Part shown: positions 61,887-64,000 of the stretch, piece after piece | Numbering within the stretch: the stretch's first letter is position 1 | How the letters are laid out: each line of letters opens with the position of its first letter | Assembly: GCA_016706425.1 (NCBI GenBank) | Contig: JADJJR010000001.1 | Coordinates: forward strand, 619,133 to 683,132 | DNA from: Elusimicrobiota bacterium | GTDB taxonomy: Bacteria > Elusimicrobiota > Elusimicrobia > FEN-1173 | DNA length: 64,000 bases | Direction of reading: 5' to 3' | Position numbers and translations under genes: made by a program | The notes under the pieces: model-generated | Databases searched by the model: none | What the model was told of the DNA's origin: nothing | The model's input: only the letters and a program-made list of their open reading frames with translations

Positions 61887-63511
61887 AAAAAGCGCTGGCG
61901 GTGTTGTTGATGATGGCGGCGGGCGGCCTACGCGCGGCGGTCACCACCGAACAGGTGACCACGGTCTCGGCGGTATCGTCCACCACGTTCATGGGCACGA
62001 ACGTCGCCCTCGATAGCCTCAACACCGTTCACGTGACTTATTACGATCCGGCGAGCCAGCGGCTGCGTTACACCAAACTGGTGAACGGGCAAACCACCTG
62101 GTCGGCGCCGATCAACGTCATCGACCAAACCGTGTCGCCCCGGAGCGACATGAAGTTGAGCGGCAACACCCCCCACGTGGTTTTCTATGAAATCGACGCC
62201 ACGGGGTCCCGGGCCGGGGTCAAACACACCCAACTGAACGGGTCGACGTTTCAGTCGCCCACCACCATCCAAAGCTTTGTCTCCACGATCACCTATGTGT
62301 CCCTGGCCGTCGCCTCCAACGGTCAACCCCGCGTGGCCTTCAACAACACCGTCAGCTCGGCCACGGTCTACGCCGCCTACAGCGGCACGGTCTGGAGCAC
62401 CCACACGGTGCACATCAGTTCTTACCCCACGGCGGTGGCGTTGGATTTGGCCTCCGACGACACCCCCCGGCTGGCCTTCCTGACGGGGGGGGACTCCCTG
62501 GGCCTGCCCGATGACCGATTGGGGTATTTCGCTGTCGGTGGCTCCACGCCGACGGTGAAGGGGTGGTGGCCCGTGGACTGGGCGACCGCCCCGCCGTCGG
62601 GCTTGGCTTTGGCGGTGGACGACAACAACCAATCGCACATTTTCGACAGCTACACGTCGGGCGGTTCCCCGTGGATCGAGTATTACCTCGCCTCGAGCAC
62701 CGGCGGGTTTTTGAATTACGAACCGGTCGGCGGCGGAAGCGAATTTCTGGACGCCGCGGTGAACAGTCTGGAACGTCCCACGGTGGTTTATTTGTCCACC
62801 GCACCGGGGTTTTCAAGGGCGGCGTGGAACGGCACGGGGTGGGAATATTCGGTTCTGGACGGCTCCGCCGCCGTGGCGGGGGTCGGCCCCAGCGTGGTTT
62901 ACAACCGGTTCGATCATTTCCTGGCCACCTATTACACCACCGCCCCCGCGGCGGCGGTTCATCTCCAAACCGACGCGAACCGAGGCTTGACCCTGGGCGG
63001 CACGGTCCAGGATTTCGCCGCGGCGGCCATCCCCGGCGCGGTCGTCCAATTGGCGGGGAGCATTGCCACCGGCAACCTCCCGGCGGGAACGGGTTCCTAC
63101 TCCCAATTGAACCTGTGGGAGGGGGGCTACACCGTGACGCCCTCCGCGGCCGGGTACGCCTATGTCCCCGCGAGTCAATCCTTTGCCTCGTTTCAGGCCA
63201 CCAACACCACCGTGAATTTCGTGGGCGGGCCCGTGAACATTGACGTGGCCGACAATTTGTTTGATCCGTCCAAGGGCGAGATCATGACGGTGAATTATTC
63301 CGTCCTGCCCGGGGCGGTGTTGGTACGGGTTTACACCCTACGGGGCGTGCCGGTCAAAACCCTGGTGGACGGTTCCCACGCCGCCGGCGCCTTCAGCACG
63401 ACCTGGGACGGCCGCAACGACGCCGGGGAAATCGTCGCGAGCGGAATCTATTTGATCCGGATCGAAGCGGACCGGCTGAACAAAATTTTGAAAGCGGCGG
63501 TGGTTAAATGA
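61883..63511 (+). CDS. Secreted beta-rich protein with T9SS/FlgD-like C-terminal sorting domain
   Basis: GTG overlaps the carA stop (GTGA). Signal peptide. C-terminus NLFDPSKGE...[13 protein letters not shown]...GIYLIRIEA...KILKAAVVK resembles Por_Secre_tail / FlgD-Ig-like. Confidence 0.6.
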
Positions 63512-64000
63512 AACGCGCGCGTCGAGCCGGGATTCTCTTGATCGCCGGGGCGATCCCCTGGGCCCTCCGGGCCGTGGACTCGCGCACCGGCGGTTTGACC
63601 CTGTTGGAGACCGCCGACGCCCGCGCCACCGCCCTGGGCGAAGCCGCGACCGCCCTGACGGGGGATTTGAGCGGGGTGGCCTACAACCCGGCCGCCCTGA
63701 CGACGATGGAATTTTCCCAGTTCTTGTCCCAATTTGAAACCTCCCCCGGCGAGGTGCGCACGGGGCTCCTGGCCGGCGGGTGGACCAATCAGCGGGTGGG
63801 TCTGGCCGCGTCGGTCGCCTACCTCGACGCCGGCACCATCGACATCGTGCCCACTCTGGGGCCGTCGGTCACCCGCCGCGCCCAGCAGGATTTCGTGGGG
63901 TCCCTGTCGGCGGGCGCGGCCCTGGCCGAGGGGTTCCGCGTGGGTGTCACGGGAAAATTCCTGACCTCCCGCCTGGCGGAGGAAGCTTCGGCCACCGCGG
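63508..64000 (+). CDS. Putative outer-membrane protein, paralog of 14845..15963 (partial; runs off the window)
   Basis: ATG overlaps the upstream stop (ATGA). N-terminal motif LLETADARATALGEAATALTGDLSGVAYNPAALT parallels LAVPPSARVEATGGLWAFAGGMETLSVNPALLG. Confidence 0.45.
   Translation, partial: MKRARRAGILLIAGAIPWALRAVDSRTGGLTLLETADARATALGEAATALTGDLSGVAYNPAALTTMEFSQFLSQFETSPGEVRTGLLAGGWTNQRVGLAASVAYLDAGTIDIVPTLGPSVTRRAQQDFVGSLSAGAALAEGFRVGVTGKFLTSRLAEEASATA

Overview
This is a ~64 kb, ~70 % GC bacterial chromosomal segment. Genes are densely packed, and many adjacent pairs have 1-4 nt start/stop overlaps (ATGA/GTGA/TGATG). Taxonomy cannot be read from the sequence; the T9SS/FlgD-like C-terminal sorting domains together with the high GC point towards an FCB-like or Gemmatimonadota-like Gram-negative lineage, which is speculative. 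Housekeeping content includes an SLT-LysM transglycosylase, a phosphohexomutase, def-fmt-htpX-rlmN-PASTA-rpe, a minus-strand rpsP-KH-trmD-rplS-rnhB-yraN cluster, ppc, a tandem double-domain thyX, purA, carA, dinB, a pabB-like gene, rmuC, radC, and tRNA-Leu(CAA) and tRNA-Ser(GGA). The most unusual item is a 2,521-aa membrane protein with an internal GlmS-like (class-II amidotransferase + SIS) module, preceded by a consensus promoter and a terminator-like hairpin. There are two secreted cargo proteins with T9SS/FlgD-like C-terminal domains, one of them a papain-like protease with Ig/cadherin/FN3 repeats; each is start/stop-coupled to a paralogous putative outer-membrane gene. There are five GGDEF diguanylate cyclases; three are tandem paralogues with ~500 bp identical 3' ends and differing G-homopolymer lengths. 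Other features are a 2,018-aa alpha-2-macroglobulin, a RES-Xre toxin-antitoxin pair behind a textbook promoter/operator, a porin-PBP-like-MCP operon, an orphan type IV pilin, a 74-bp direct repeat that duplicates the 3' end of tRNA-Leu, and a small AT-rich inverted-repeat element upstream of ppc. The frameshifts seen (FAD oxidase, rnhB, GGDEF copies 1 and 3) all sit in G/C homopolymers, so sequencing or assembly indels are the most economical explanation. Long antisense ORFs in the track are GC-driven artefacts.
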